Assembly (NCBI GenBank): GCA_965203805.1 | Contig: OZ241917.1 | Location: forward strand, 1,472,001 to 1,536,000 | Direction of reading: 5' to 3' | Source: Candidatus Latescibacterota bacterium | GTDB lineage: Bacteria > Latescibacterota > UBA2968 > GCA-2709665 | Length of the DNA stretch: 64,000 bases | Part shown: piece after piece, positions 20,592-31,184 of the stretch | Layout: the number at the start of each line of letters is the position of its first letter | Numbering within the stretch: position 1 is the stretch's first letter | The notes under the pieces: generated by a model | Database searches by the model: none | Seen by the model: the letters and a program-made list of their open reading frames with translations, nothing else | What the model was told of the DNA's origin: nothing | Position numbers and translations under genes: made by a program

Positions 20592-22514
20592 TTACGCCGA
20601 CGCATCCGGCGACGTGCGGTGCAGGTCCGGGTCTTCCACCGCCTCGTAGACCACCCCGCCCTCGACGTTGCGCGGCATCGGCGCGCCGGTGAGGTAACAG
20701 ATCGTGGGCGCCACGTCGATGACGCGCACCTGGCGCTCGAGCGGTCCCGCCGACCGGACGCCCGCGCCGGCGGCGATGAAGGTCGAGTGCTGGCCGGCCA
20801 TACCGAAGGCCACCGAGGGCAACTGCTTGCCATGGGCGCCGTCGAACTCCGGGCGCAGCGCATACACCACGTCGCCCACACGGTCCGACCACAGGTTCAC
20901 CATCTCCGCATCCTCCCGGGTAAGGGCGAGGGCGAAGGTCCGCCGCCCCGTCTCCGGATCCTCGTAATCGTACAGCGCCTGGATGATATCCTTGCAGACC
21001 GCGTCGTAGTCCGCGGGATCGACGATGCCGCCAGGCTCCCTCCCCTTCAGGTTCACGAAGACGTGCACGAGACCCACGTCCGCCGCCCGGGTGCGCGTCC
21101 AGTCGATGCGCCGGTCGGGGCCGTCGCCCACGTACTTCAGGAAACCGGCCTGCTCCAGCACCGAGGCGACGTTGACGACGGTGTGCTGCTGCGAGGTGCC
21201 GCCGTGGTCGGAGACCACGAAGAAAGCCGTATCGTCCCCGGCCAGCCGGCGCAGACGGCCGATCCAGCGGTCGATGGAGGCGTAGGTGCGCTCCACCCCC
21301 TCGCGGCAGCGCCGCTGCACCTCCGGCGGAGCCCCGGAGTGAGGATCGGCAGCGCGCAGGAAGAAGTGGCTCGTATAGTCCGAGGCGTGCGTCTCCGTCA
21401 TCAGCAGGTCCCAGTCCCTCGAGCCGACGAGGTATTCGGCCACGTCGGCCAGGCGCTGGTGGTGGAACTCGAGCAGTTCGAAATACGTGTTGTCGTCGAT
21501 CAGGCCCAGGGCGTCGCGGCCCGGGTTCTGCAGGAAGTTGCCCACGCGCCGGTCTATTTCGCCGGCTACGGAGGCGGGCTTCGTGTACCCGTCGGGCGGC
21601 CAGATCTGGGGAATGAACAGCTCGAAGGCATCGGCATCGGGCGTCAGCGTTATCAGCTTCGCCCGCACGTACCCACTCACCTTCCCGCCGTCGATCTCGA
21701 ACGGGTCCAGCCACCAGTCGCTCCACTCCCCCACCCCCAGGTCTGCGATCGGCCGGGCGGCGTCCTTCGACCGGCACAGGCGCGCCCGGTCGTAGCCGTT
21801 GGCGCCGCTGGCGTAGATCAGGGCGTGCAGCGTTACCGGAACGCCGTCACTCCCCCGGTTCATCCCCTCGCGGCCCCTCGCCAGAGGCTGGATGGTGAGC
21901 ACGGTCTCTTTCGCCGGCAGCCCAGAATCGGGCGTTCCGGTCCAGCCCCGGGCATCAACCAGATTCACGGGATCGAACTCGCGCACCCCCTGCAGGGCGC
22001 TCGGGTCCAGGGTCTCAGGATCGCGCTGGGCCTCGAGCCGCCTCGGCGCCCACTTGCCGCCCACGAAGAGGTGATAGCCCGCCACCTGGTGGTGGTTGGA
22101 AACGCCGGGGCCCGTGCCTTCCACCTGGATACCCGAACGCACCGTCGGCGGCCACGACATCTCCCACTTCACCAGGAGCGGCGTCTTCCCGCCGCGCTCA
22201 AAGGCGTTCCAGATGTACTCCGATCGCGACAGGGAGGTATCGATGCCCCAGAGGGTGCGGTCCAGCGGCTGGCCCACGTGGCGGATGTTGAAATCCAGGA
22301 TCCCGTGGGTGCCGGGCCACGAGCCGGTGGACAGGGCCGTCCAGCCCGGCGGCGTGAGCGTCGGGAAGACGCCCACCATGGGCCGCCACACACCCGCCTC
22401 CATCAGCGCGCGCACGTTGGGCATGTGGCCGGCGTCGGCCATGTTCTTCACCAGTTCCATGCTGGCGCCGTCCATTCCGGCGACGATGGCGCGTCTCGCG
22501 GGTGCCGTACTCAT
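20592..22514 (-). CDS. alkaline phosphatase superfamily / type I phosphodiesterase-nucleotide pyrophosphatase
   Basis: GMDGA, PTLTPPGWTALSTG..P..HGI, VVSDHG, DVAPTI. Confidence 0.9.
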   Translation of the reverse strand: MSTAPARRAIVAGMDGASMELVKNMADAGHMPNVRALMEAGVWRPMVGVFPTLTPPGWTALSTGSWPGTHGILDFNIRHVGQPLDRTLWGIDTSLSRSEYIWNAFERGGKTPLLVKWEMSWPPTVRSGIQVEGTGPGVSNHHQVAGYHLFVGGKWAPRRLEAQRDPETLDPSALQGVREFDPVNLVDARGWTGTPDSGLPAKETVLTIQPLARGREGMNRGSDGVPVTLHALIYASGANGYDRARLCRSKDAARPIADLGVGEWSDWWLDPFEIDGGKVSGYVRAKLITLTPDADAFELFIPQIWPPDGYTKPASVAGEIDRRVGNFLQNPGRDALGLIDDNTYFELLEFHHQRLADVAEYLVGSRDWDLLMTETHASDYTSHFFLRAADPHSGAPPEVQRRCREGVERTYASIDRWIGRLRRLAGDDTAFFVVSDHGGTSQQHTVVNVASVLEQAGFLKYVGDGPDRRIDWTRTRAADVGLVHVFVNLKGREPGGIVDPADYDAVCKDIIQALYDYEDPETGRRTFALALTREDAEMVNLWSDRVGDVVYALRPEFDGAHGKQLPSVAFGMAGQHSTFIAAGAGVRSAGPLERQVRVIDVAPTICYLTGAPMPRNVEGGVVYEAVEDPDLHRTSPDASA

Positions 22515-22569
22515 GGGATCTCTCCTGATGTATGAGTGAAAGAGCGAGCGGCGGAGCGGTTGGAACTCC

Positions 22570-23640
22570 CTATGGAAGACGAGGGATGACCTCTTTCGCC
22601 ATCAGCTCCATCGAACGCTTCATTATTGGCTTGTCATCCCAGTCGTGGCCGATCATCAGCACTGTGCCGAAACCGCCGGTAACGTCGTACAGTTCCTGCA
22701 GGCGCCGGGTCACCGTGTCGGGACTGCCGACGATGGCAATCTCGTCCATGATGTACGAGCGGCTGACGTCCGCATCGGACATTACCGGGTTCATCTTGGG
22801 AAGGTCGAGCATGCTGGCTGCTTGGAGCATACCGCGGAGGTAAACCAACGAATCGGCGAATGCGCCGTTGAAAGCGTGCTCGCGAGCCTGGGCATCGGTC
22901 TCGCCCACGAAGATGCTGCGTGAAATCCGCCAGTCGCTCCGTTCCGGTTTGCGCCGCCCCGCTTCCGCGGCCCCGTCACAGATCATCTCCCAATGCCGTT
23001 TGACCTTGTGCGGCGGCGCCATATTGATGCTGATCGGCAGGAACCCGCGCCTGCCGGCTGTGGTGGCCGCCATCGATTCTTCCTTCACAATGCTCATGGC
23101 GATGGGCGGATGGGGCTTCTGATACGGTTTCAATACCTCGCCCAACCCGAGTTCCGGGACCTTCTCCGCCATGGCGACGTTCCAGAAGTCCCCGTCGAAC
23201 TCGAACGGGCCGTCCTCGGTCCAGAGTTTCAGGACGATATCCATCGCCTCGAGATTCATCAACCCCTGGGTGCGCGGGTCCGGTAAATCGAACAGCGGCC
23301 AGTCGGTCGGTACGCCCCCCTGTCCGAAGCCAACGTTGATGCGCCCCCGGGACAGGTGATCGAGGTAAGCGAGGCGGACCGCCACGTTCGCCGGATGATG
23401 CTGCGTCATGATCGTGACGCCCGTGCCCAGGCGGATCCTCTCCGTCTGCGGCAGGACGTGAGCGATGAAGACGTCGTTGGCGGGAATCGGTTCCCACATC
23501 GCGGTATGGTGCTGGCCGATCCAGGCCTCGGCGAATCCGAGTTCCTCGGCCCACAGCACGCACTCGATATCTTCTTCGAACGTCTGCGTGCGGTCCTTCT
23601 GCGGCGGATGCAGCGGCATCATGAATGTCCCGAGTTTCAT
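22570..23640 (-). CDS. LLM-class flavin-dependent oxidoreductase (luciferase-like monooxygenase)
   Basis: MKLGTFMMPLHP, AEELGFAEAWIGQHH, IRLGTGV, LDHLSRGR, VGSPDTV. Confidence 0.92.
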   Translation of the reverse strand: MKLGTFMMPLHPPQKDRTQTFEEDIECVLWAEELGFAEAWIGQHHTAMWEPIPANDVFIAHVLPQTERIRLGTGVTIMTQHHPANVAVRLAYLDHLSRGRINVGFGQGGVPTDWPLFDLPDPRTQGLMNLEAMDIVLKLWTEDGPFEFDGDFWNVAMAEKVPELGLGEVLKPYQKPHPPIAMSIVKEESMAATTAGRRGFLPISINMAPPHKVKRHWEMICDGAAEAGRRKPERSDWRISRSIFVGETDAQAREHAFNGAFADSLVYLRGMLQAASMLDLPKMNPVMSDADVSRSYIMDEIAIVGSPDTVTRRLQELYDVTGGFGTVLMIGHDWDDKPIMKRSMELMAKEVIPRLP

Positions 23641-23846
23641 TTTCGGTTCTCCCGAACAGTTTGAATCAACCTCAATTGGAAAATGGAAAACCGCTGAATT
23701 GGCCACAAAAAACGCAAAAGACACAAAAGGTACCGGTGCGAAACAGCATGTGTCATAACGCCGTGACCCTGCAGGGTCTCTCTTGTCATCCAGATAGACG
23801 TCCTGTTACAGGATAGCTGTTTTTGTGCCATTCACTGTTACCCGGC

Positions 23847-24803
23847 TTACCGTTTGTCCACTTCGCCCGTGTCATCTCCCGGTCTTCTGAGACTCTCGAA
23901 AACCGCGGCGGACAGGATGATCAGGCCGCCGATGATTTCCCTGTCTGACGGGATGGCGGCCAGCAGAATGATCGCGATGATCACGCCGTAGACGGTTTCC
24001 AGCGCGAGCGTGACGCCGACAACTTTACCGGAAAGGTGCCGCTGGCTGTTGACGAACAGAATCCTTGCGAATCCCGTCAGCACGACCCCAAGCGCCACCA
24101 CGAGCAGGAGATCCCTTGTTCCCGGTATTTCGAACAGGGTTTCGTTGTAGATCATGAATGGGAGGAGGAGCAGGCCCGCGATTCCCATTTCATAGGCTGA
24201 AATATCCCAGCTATTGTACCTGTCGATGATCCGTTTCTTGCGCATCAGGATGAAAAGCGGGAGCATCGCGCCGGAGGCCACGCCGTACAGGACCCCCTGA
24301 AAATTCGCATCGGACGGATCGAATCCGGGCGCCAGACAGTAGACCCCGATCAACACCGCAACCGCACTGGCGAAGTCAACAGCCCGCAGTCTGACGTTGA
24401 AGAACATACTTTCGAGAAACACCATCAGTACCGGGTAGGTGTACGTCGTCACCAGGCCGATTGCAACCGTCGAGACTTTGATCGACTGGAAGAAGAGCAC
24501 CCAGTGGACGGAAAGCAGGACGGCGATCGCCCCAAACGTCGCGAGGTCGTTCCAACTCTTGATGGGGCTGCGGCTCTTCAGACGCCTGGCGATGACGAAA
24601 ATGACGATCGCCGCCAGAGACGTCCGCCAGAATACGATCTCGTATGGACCGAGCTCGACCGCTTTTCCAAGCGGGCCGATGAATCCGTACAGGAGCGTCG
24701 CAACGTGCACCTCAATCAGCGCACGCGACCTATGGGTCATCCGTCGGCCCTGCCTCGACGATGATTCCCTGGAAATACCGGTCATCAAATGCTCCGAAGA
24801 CAA
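23847..24803 (-). CDS. DMT/EamA family transporter
   Basis: About 10 hydrophobic segments; HWVLFFQSIKVSTVA, LETVYG. Confidence 0.88.
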   Translation of the reverse strand: MSSEHLMTGISRESSSRQGRRMTHRSRALIEVHVATLLYGFIGPLGKAVELGPYEIVFWRTSLAAIVIFVIARRLKSRSPIKSWNDLATFGAIAVLLSVHWVLFFQSIKVSTVAIGLVTTYTYPVLMVFLESMFFNVRLRAVDFASAVAVLIGVYCLAPGFDPSDANFQGVLYGVASGAMLPLFILMRKKRIIDRYNSWDISAYEMGIAGLLLLPFMIYNETLFEIPGTRDLLLVVALGVVLTGFARILFVNSQRHLSGKVVGVTLALETVYGVIIAIILLAAIPSDREIIGGLIILSAAVFESLRRPGDDTGEVDKR

Positions 24804-24833
24804 CCGGGCGGTCGTGTCCTTGCATATCGTCGT

Positions 24834-25286
24834 TCAGGCGGGACTCCCCTTCTTCAACGTGAACCTGACCTCATCGTAGCCGTCCTTCAACTCAACGTTC
24901 CCCCTTTTCCAGCCGAGATGCTCATAGAAGCCCTCGGCGCGGGTGTTCGTTTCGGTTTCCAACCAGATCTCGCGAGCTCCATTTTCCCACAGCCATTCAA
25001 CCGCGGCGTCCATCAGTCTCCGGCCGATCCCGCGGCCTTCGTATGACGGACGAACGAATAGCGCCCAGATCGACCCGGAAGCGGCATTCGCGATACAAAA
25101 ACCGACAGTCCGGTCGACCGCCTCCGCGACCCAGCACCTGGCGTCGGTCCGCATCAAGGTGGCGGCGCGCTCAGGCGTGATCCCGGACGCCTCCAGTTCA
25201 GCAGCCGTCATCGCGTTTTCCGTCGTCGCCGTGCGAATCTCAAAGGTAGCGGGAATATCGCCTGGATCGGCCTCGCGGATGATAAT
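24834..25286 (-). CDS. GNAT N-acetyltransferase; no in-frame ATG at the expected start (ATT start or 5' frameshift)
   Basis: In-frame IIREADPGDIPATFEIRTATTENAM upstream of the listed Met; LFVRPSYEGRGIGRRL; AEGFY..LGW. Confidence 0.8.
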   Translation of the reverse strand: MIIREADPGDIPATFEIRTATTENAMTAAELEASGITPERAATLMRTDARCWVAEAVDRTVGFCIANAASGSIWALFVRPSYEGRGIGRRLMDAAVEWLWENGAREIWLETETNTRAEGFYEHLGWKRGNVELKDGYDEVRFTLKKGSPA

Positions 25287-25552
25287 CGCATTCGTGGTCC
25301 TGTCGATGTTCCTGTTTGGAATACCCCTTTGCCTCCATTAGACTCCTTCCACACAGGCCTTCACGACACCAACACTTCCTCCCCATAATCCTGCAGCATA
25401 CTGGCATTCAGTTCGCCCGGTTTCCATTCTTCCTGCCTGCCGATCTCTTCAGCATGGCTTCCCTGCAATACCAGCGAAATCCTTGACTTCGATGAGGTTT
25501 TTGTTGTACCTTTAACTGTCACGTTTGGATCAGTCCGACAAGGAGAACCACG

Positions 25553-25777
25553 ATGTCAGATCCGTCTGTTCTGAATGAGTTGGAAAAAAACACCAGTCGT
25601 CTGACGCTCGATGAGCAGCTGCAGCTTATTGAGAGGGTGAGTCACCGGATACGAGCTGACGTCGTGGCGAAAACTGATTTAGATGCTGAACTAAGTAAGA
25701 TGGCGGCTGATCCTGAGATTCAAAAGGAACTTCGGGAAATCGAGTTTGAATTCTCGGCAAGAAACTGGACGGCCTGA
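25553..25777 (+). CDS. small antitoxin-like protein, no downstream toxin
   Basis: LTLDEQLQLIERV...MAADPEIQKELREIEFEF, with an AAGGAG RBS; resembles small proteins that precede MazF-type toxins. Confidence 0.5.
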   Translation: MSDPSVLNELEKNTSRLTLDEQLQLIERVSHRIRADVVAKTDLDAELSKMAADPEIQKELREIEFEFSARNWTA

Positions 25778-25848
25778 ATGTCATACGGCCATTTAACGTG
25801 AACGGTTCGCCTCTTTTCTGCACGTCTTCCTTCCCGCTGATCCCCCAT

Positions 25849-26508
25849 TCAGCTGTATATCCCGATCGTCAGTCTCCGCAACTTCGCCGAGGCTTCCCCT
25901 TCCGCTAGCAGGGCCGTCCGGACTATGGGGGTCAATACCTGGTCTGCCGGAAAACCGTCAGGACCGCATGAAACGTAGGAATACCCCAGGTGCGCCTGGG
26001 CGGTCCCTGTTTCGCTGTTTGCGATAACCGCCAGGTCCACGTCCTCGATCACCGTCCCGTCGCCGGAAATCTGCCCGTCGCCGCCTTCGGCGAAGAGGAC
26101 CCTCTCACCATCCGAGTTTCCGTCCCGCAGCAGAAGCCGCACGCGGCCCTCCTCCGCCACGCCGGCATCGCCCGGAACCGCGTCCAGTTGAATTCCCTCG
26201 GCGCCGTCTGTCGCGGATATGAGGCCCAGGCTGAACTCCGCCGCTCCCTTTACGGTCACCCCAACCGCTTCTAACTCCAGCACCTTCACCACGGACGTGC
26301 TCAGCGGGGCTCCCCGAAGGGTCACGCCGTCGCCGGCCCTTCCCCTGGCGACCATCGCATAGTGGCTCCCGTAGAGGTCCGTGTAATCGGCCGTGGACGC
26401 CGTGGACGATCCGGTTAGCGTTTCATTCAGCCAGCCGGGGAGGCCGTGGGTGAAGTTGACCTCCTCGACCTCCACGTGATACGTCGTTCGCAGCAATCGT
26501 CGGTTCAT
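25849..26508 (-). CDS. hypothetical protein (beta-rich)
   Basis: 219-aa ORF with GC3-rich codons and GGAGAG RBS; no family recognised. Confidence 0.65.
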   Translation of the reverse strand: MNRRLLRTTYHVEVEEVNFTHGLPGWLNETLTGSSTASTADYTDLYGSHYAMVARGRAGDGVTLRGAPLSTSVVKVLELEAVGVTVKGAAEFSLGLISATDGAEGIQLDAVPGDAGVAEEGRVRLLLRDGNSDGERVLFAEGGDGQISGDGTVIEDVDLAVIANSETGTAQAHLGYSYVSCGPDGFPADQVLTPIVRTALLAEGEASAKLRRLTIGIYS

Positions 26509-26563
26509 GGTTTCTCTCCCGCCAAGCTATTGTCCTGATTCGTAATGCCCTGTTTTCAGATAC

Positions 26564-27475
26564 CTACTTCCACTCGATGACCGCCGCGTTGATCCCGCCA
26601 CACAAGAGATAGAGCTTGTCCTCGTGAAACACCGGAAACGGCCAGTGTCCGGAATCCAGGATGCACCCCATATCCTCGTAGGGTCCCGTCACGTCGAAGC
26701 CCTCGGAAAGCGCGCCGGAGAGCCCTCGATCATCGTTGAAGAGCATCAGCCAGCGGCCCCATAACCGGACGAGGATCGACGCGAACGGCCCCCGGCTGCC
26801 CGGCATATTCCCCAAAAGCGGTTTCTTCGACAGCCGCCAGTGGATCCCGTCGTCGCTCAACGCCAGGCCGGCCACGGTCGTCACGCCGTCCGCCTGCGCG
26901 TTCCACCCGAGCCCGTTCCCCTGGAACGTCCCGATGAACATGGGACCGTCCTTCACCACCCGGACGTAGCTCACGCTTTGACCGTACCAGTGGTTCTTGC
27001 GGTTAGGATGCGTCGTCATGATCGGGAACACCTTCTGCTCGAAATGCACGCCGTCGCTCGACGTTGCCAGCGCCGTCGGCTGCCTGCCGATCCGGTGCAC
27101 GCCATGGAAGTACATGTAGACCTCGCCGTTATGCATGGCGGCCGACGGAGATGAAATGTGCTTCGTGAACGACGTCGCCGAGAGTTCGAGTACGGCCGTC
27201 CGCCACGTCCAGGGTCCGAGCGGATGTCCGGCCGTCGCCAGCCAGATTTCGGAGCCGTCGTGCGTCGCAACGTAGGCATAGTAAGCGTCGATCGGGTTCG
27301 GAAGTACGTCCGCCGTCGGTAGCACCGAGATGTACGTCGCGTCCTGCCCCGCGAACTCCTGATCGTCTGTCGCCGTCAGGACCGGATTCCCCTCGTAATG
27401 CACCGCCTTCGGAAGGTGGAACGACATCTGTCCCGCCGCGGCCGCCGCCGTGAACTGTGATGGAAAGGTCTTCAT
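26564..27475 (-). CDS. five-bladed beta-propeller glycoside hydrolase-like protein (GH43/32/68 clan)
   Basis: GNPVL, LATA.HPLGPW, HISSP, YMYFHG, LATSSDG.HF, LALSDDG.HW. Confidence 0.7.
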   Translation of the reverse strand: MKTFPSQFTAAAAAGQMSFHLPKAVHYEGNPVLTATDDQEFAGQDATYISVLPTADVLPNPIDAYYAYVATHDGSEIWLATAGHPLGPWTWRTAVLELSATSFTKHISSPSAAMHNGEVYMYFHGVHRIGRQPTALATSSDGVHFEQKVFPIMTTHPNRKNHWYGQSVSYVRVVKDGPMFIGTFQGNGLGWNAQADGVTTVAGLALSDDGIHWRLSKKPLLGNMPGSRGPFASILVRLWGRWLMLFNDDRGLSGALSEGFDVTGPYEDMGCILDSGHWPFPVFHEDKLYLLCGGINAAVIEWK

Positions 27476-27507
27476 AGGATCTCCCTTACTGTATACGTTG
27501 TATACGT

Positions 27508-28161
27508 CTACCTGCCGGCGATGGCATCCGATCGAAGGGCGTCGACCAGATCGTGAAATGTATCGTAGATCTCACAGTCCGCACCGGCGAATCGTGATCC
27601 GTCCTGGTGACCCTGCAAAACGACAAGCGGACGGCATCCCACGGCGCAGGCGACCGCCACGTCGTGGTCCGTGTCGCCTATAAAGAGCGTCGCGGACGGA
27701 TCGAGATCGAAATCCTCAATCAGGTCGCGACATCTCCGGGCTTTCGACGCAGCCAATCGATCGGAAAGCCCGTACACGCCTTTGAATCGACCGTGAATCC
27801 CGTGCATGCGCACCCACGCAACGACCATTTCCTCCTGGGCAGCCGACAACACGAACTGATCGATGCCATGTTTCTCCAGGTACACCAACGCCTCCTCGAT
27901 TCCCGGATTCAGTGAACACGATCCGACACCGGATTGGTACACGCTGTGGAATTCATCAGAAATGTCGGCTTGCTTTTCTCTGTCCTAATCGAATCCGAGG
28001 CTGCGATAGTATTCAGATACGGGAAACCGGAAAATCCGTCTGTGCGCCGCTTTGTCAATTGCCGGCAGATTCCTCCTGCGCAACACTTGGCTTATCGAGT
28101 CGGCCGCCAGTTCCACGTCGTCCAGAATGGTTCCGTTAAAGTCCCAAATGACTGATTTCAT
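27508..28161 (-). pseudogene. HAD-family hydrolase interrupted by an in-frame TAG (27985-27987)
   Basis: MKSVIWDFNGTILDD...LGFD*DREKQAD...LSA...FIGDTDHD; both halves share one frame. Confidence 0.85.
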
Positions 28162-28414
28162 GTCACTTTCGCAAACTCTCGCGCCCCGGAAAAACACATT
28201 TGCTCATTGAACATAATCCCCGCCAGCCAACCGCTCCAACGGGGATTTGTAAACCAAGCAGAAAACTTCGCAATTAGCCGACTGTAGAATTCGGTACCGG
28301 CTATTCGTCTTCATTCTTTAGCCCGGGCTCCCTGTGCCCTGCGCTGCAGCAGGCCGCTTCAACCTTTCTGACCGCTGTGTACGGGCAGTTTAATCGGAGC
28401 TTGTCGAAGGGGGG

Positions 28415-28588
28415 CTACTTGCAAGACTCGTCGGTAGATTTCTTCGGGGCAATTCCCCGGTCTGAACGCAGATGGTCGACGAACTCGCCAAAGCGCTTCC
28501 GCCCAGGTCCCACCTTCCTCACCCGCAGGTTCTTCAGATCGTACTCGGCCCGCAATTCATCCTTCATCGGCACCCTATCCTTTTTCAA
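28415..28588 (-). pseudogene. truncated BrnA-like antitoxin with a trace of a toxin 3' end
   Basis: MKDELRAEYDLKNLRVRKVGPGRKRFG, then diverges; an overlapping RKRDSFEKG* resembles a BrnT C-terminus. Confidence 0.5.
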
Positions 28589-28667
28589 ATGAGTCTCTCT
28601 TTCGCAGGTTCTTCGTTATTCCACTGAACACACGTTCGACGCGATTCCGTCTCAAAACGAGAAGCCA

Positions 28668-28844
28668 TCATCCGGCAGCTTTGGGCTTCTTCCCAACGCC
28701 GTGCTTCGGATACGTAAGCCTTCCTTTATGTCTTTTCTCTTTTTCGCGTAGTCGCTCTACAATTTGACGAATGTCGTGGTTGCATTCTTTTGCGATCTGT
28801 CGTCGAACTGCGTGAATTCCCTCAACGATAGGGTCCTTCCACAT
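28668..28844 (-). CDS. small protein downstream of PIN toxin (putative antitoxin); missing from the ORF track
   Basis: MWKDPIVEGIHAVRRQIAKECNHDIRQIVERLREKEK..., starting 2 nt after the PIN stop. Confidence 0.75.
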   Translation of the reverse strand: MWKDPIVEGIHAVRRQIAKECNHDIRQIVERLREKEKRHKGRLTYPKHGVGKKPKAAG

Positions 28845-28846
28845 AA

Positions 28847-29338
28847 TTATTCTCCTTCAGGGACTTCCAGGAGTTCCTCTGGTGTCACAATGACTGGCGT
28901 CAATCGACCCAAAGATAGGTTAACTGTCTGAAGCCGTTGAATGACCACACCGTTTGCAAGGTGCTTGCAGTTCCACGTCAGCAGATACGCCATCTCGTAG
29001 ACAGCCGCGTAAGCCAGATGTACCGCATCTAGTGGCGCCACTGACGCGAGGCCCAGCCGACTCTCGTATTCCACTGCCAGGTCTGCAACGTCGTCTGTCG
29101 ACGCCAGAATGGATAGCCCGTCTACGAAACTCCGCCGTCGAGTAACTGCATCAGGATCACCGGCGCTGATTTCTTCCAGGACCGCCTCAGATATGTACAT
29201 ATCAAATCTTTCGCGCGCCTGGTACCACCAATCGTGGGTAATCTGCTGGTGTGCCGCTACAATCAAATCCCGGCTGGGGCGAGCAGCCAGGTAACTTGGA
29301 ATTGTCGATTCGAGATACAGAGAAGATTTTTCAATCAA
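28847..29338 (-). CDS. PIN-domain (VapC-like) protein
   Basis: LYLESTIPSYL, SEAVLEE, DAVHLAYA, LLTWNCKHLAN, IVTPEEL. Confidence 0.9.
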   Translation of the reverse strand: MIEKSSLYLESTIPSYLAARPSRDLIVAAHQQITHDWWYQARERFDMYISEAVLEEISAGDPDAVTRRRSFVDGLSILASTDDVADLAVEYESRLGLASVAPLDAVHLAYAAVYEMAYLLTWNCKHLANGVVIQRLQTVNLSLGRLTPVIVTPEELLEVPEGE

Positions 29339-29576
29339 AGTACGCTCTCAATTACCTTGCAGAATCCTCGATTCATATAGAACCTCCGCATCCGTGTGCA
29401 CAACGCCAATATAGATTATTGGCTCACCAGGAGCAAGGTTTTCGGTGGTTCCGAAGTTGAAATCTACAGGAATGTCGCCCGGCCGACGATGCCCGAACCA
29501 AACGGTTCCGCGGGTACGCGATTGGTCTTGAAGGGCGTCGACGATGAGAGATGCAATGGTACCTGCGAATGAGAAA

Positions 29577-30872
29577 TCATCTCGCTCGAATCATCAGTTT
29601 GCCGAGAACCTTCAGACCCTTCTCAAGAATCGGATCCTCATCCGCGTGCAGGGTTTTCGTCAGCGTCTCGACGAGTACGGACGGGATATACGCGCTCCTG
29701 GACGTTCCGGCGAACTCCCGAGAGGCCGGGTCACCCGTCAGCGTGCCGTTGAAGACCCTCTGTTTGGTGCATTGGAACCCGATTCCGGTATGGGGCATCC
29801 GCATCGTATAGACGGAACCCTCCAGCCCGGCCATTCTCGTTCCCACAACCGCCGCTCTGCCCAAAGCATCCAGGCTGATTGCCAACCCCTCCCCGGCGCT
29901 TCCCGTCCACCGGTTCACCAGGATGACGACCGGCCCTTTATATTGCCATGCACCTCCCGGTTCGACCCGGCTAAGAAATGGGCGTCCGCGTCGAGGCACG
30001 GTTCGCTGGTAGACACGTTCCCGGTCGATCAAGCGTCCGATAATTCCCTCAACGATCCCCGTATTGCCGCCGCCGACTCCGCGAAGATCGAGGATCAATC
30101 CGCCGGTGTCGCGCAATGCGTCCAGCGCGGCGTCGAAAAGCTCCAGGAGTCGACGGCCCGCCAGGTCGCCGTTGATGATCACGTAGCCGATGCGCGGATC
30201 GATGATACGAAATTCGAGTATTGTCCGGTGTTGTGAATCGTATGCGGCATCGAACGCTTCGGGCAGGATGGAGACGCGCTTCGTCTCGCCCTGGTATCTG
30301 ACTTCGATCATCCTCGTCCGATTCCGATGTCCCGCGAGCACCTTTCTCAGCGTCCAGCCGTTTATTTCGCCATCGACCTGGGCGAATGACCCGCCCGTCC
30401 GCTTTCGGACGGCGTCTTCTATCGGCAGGCCGTTGAAACCAAGGATTTCCATCCCGGGACAAAGACCCGCGGCTTGCGCGGGAAAGCCCGGCCTGACGCC
30501 TGTTATGATCGCCTTCCCGTCCTTCCATTCAGCCCATATGTCCGTCCGCGACGGGACGATGTTCGGAGAAGATGCCGTATGCGTGTTCAGATGAATATGG
30601 TCGTCGTACAGTTCCTCCAGAACCGTCTCCATCAACGCGACAAATTCCGACATCGTGGCCACTGACCGGACTTGCGGCCTGTAGATGGTCCTGACCCGCT
30701 CCCAATCTGTCTGCTTCTCGTCGAAATACGCATAGTCCGCCCTGAACGTCTCCCACAGAAAGTCGAAGTCCTCTTCGTATTGCTCCGCGGTCAGGTTGCC
30801 CTGCGCGAACGCCATGGAACATCTGAGGAAATTGAGCGTCACGACCGCGCAGAGGATCAACACAACGAGCAT
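29577..30872 (-). CDS. S41 family peptidase with PDZ-like region
   Basis: Signal peptide; L.D.H; ILDLRG.GGG; T.SAGE; VVGT..AG. Confidence 0.88.
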   Translation of the reverse strand: MLVVLILCAVVTLNFLRCSMAFAQGNLTAEQYEEDFDFLWETFRADYAYFDEKQTDWERVRTIYRPQVRSVATMSEFVALMETVLEELYDDHIHLNTHTASSPNIVPSRTDIWAEWKDGKAIITGVRPGFPAQAAGLCPGMEILGFNGLPIEDAVRKRTGGSFAQVDGEINGWTLRKVLAGHRNRTRMIEVRYQGETKRVSILPEAFDAAYDSQHRTILEFRIIDPRIGYVIINGDLAGRRLLELFDAALDALRDTGGLILDLRGVGGGNTGIVEGIIGRLIDRERVYQRTVPRRGRPFLSRVEPGGAWQYKGPVVILVNRWTGSAGEGLAISLDALGRAAVVGTRMAGLEGSVYTMRMPHTGIGFQCTKQRVFNGTLTGDPASREFAGTSRSAYIPSVLVETLTKTLHADEDPILEKGLKVLGKLMIRAR

Positions 30873-31184
30873 CGGTTGCTGCCTTTTGGTCAGGTTATTG
30901 GGCGGGGCTGAGCGCCCACAAGGGACGCCCCTGCGAGGCGTAGGGCGCCGACTCAGAGATGTGGCCGCTTGATCAGGTAGAGCAAACTGTCAGTTTGCCG
31001 CACAGTCGCATGGCCGTGGTCTGTGACGTACAAAGCGAACTTAAAGCCTTTATTAACAATCAATAGATTTTCCCATAGGTCCACAGACACCGGGTAATAA
31101 AAGACGCCTAAGAGAGCTATGTGTCCGTGAAAACCAGGTTCTGTTTACCAAGTTCGATGAATTGCCGATACCTGAACGGACGCA

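Noticed and set aside
19890-22535. 881-aa plus-strand ORF
   Set aside because: Antisense shadow of the GC-rich phosphodiesterase and serine hydrolase genes; Arg/Pro/Gly-rich with no motifs.
25432-25445. CCTGCCTGCCGA as another full hairpin element
   Set aside because: Left arm only, with no CAGGCAGG partner; at most a decayed copy.
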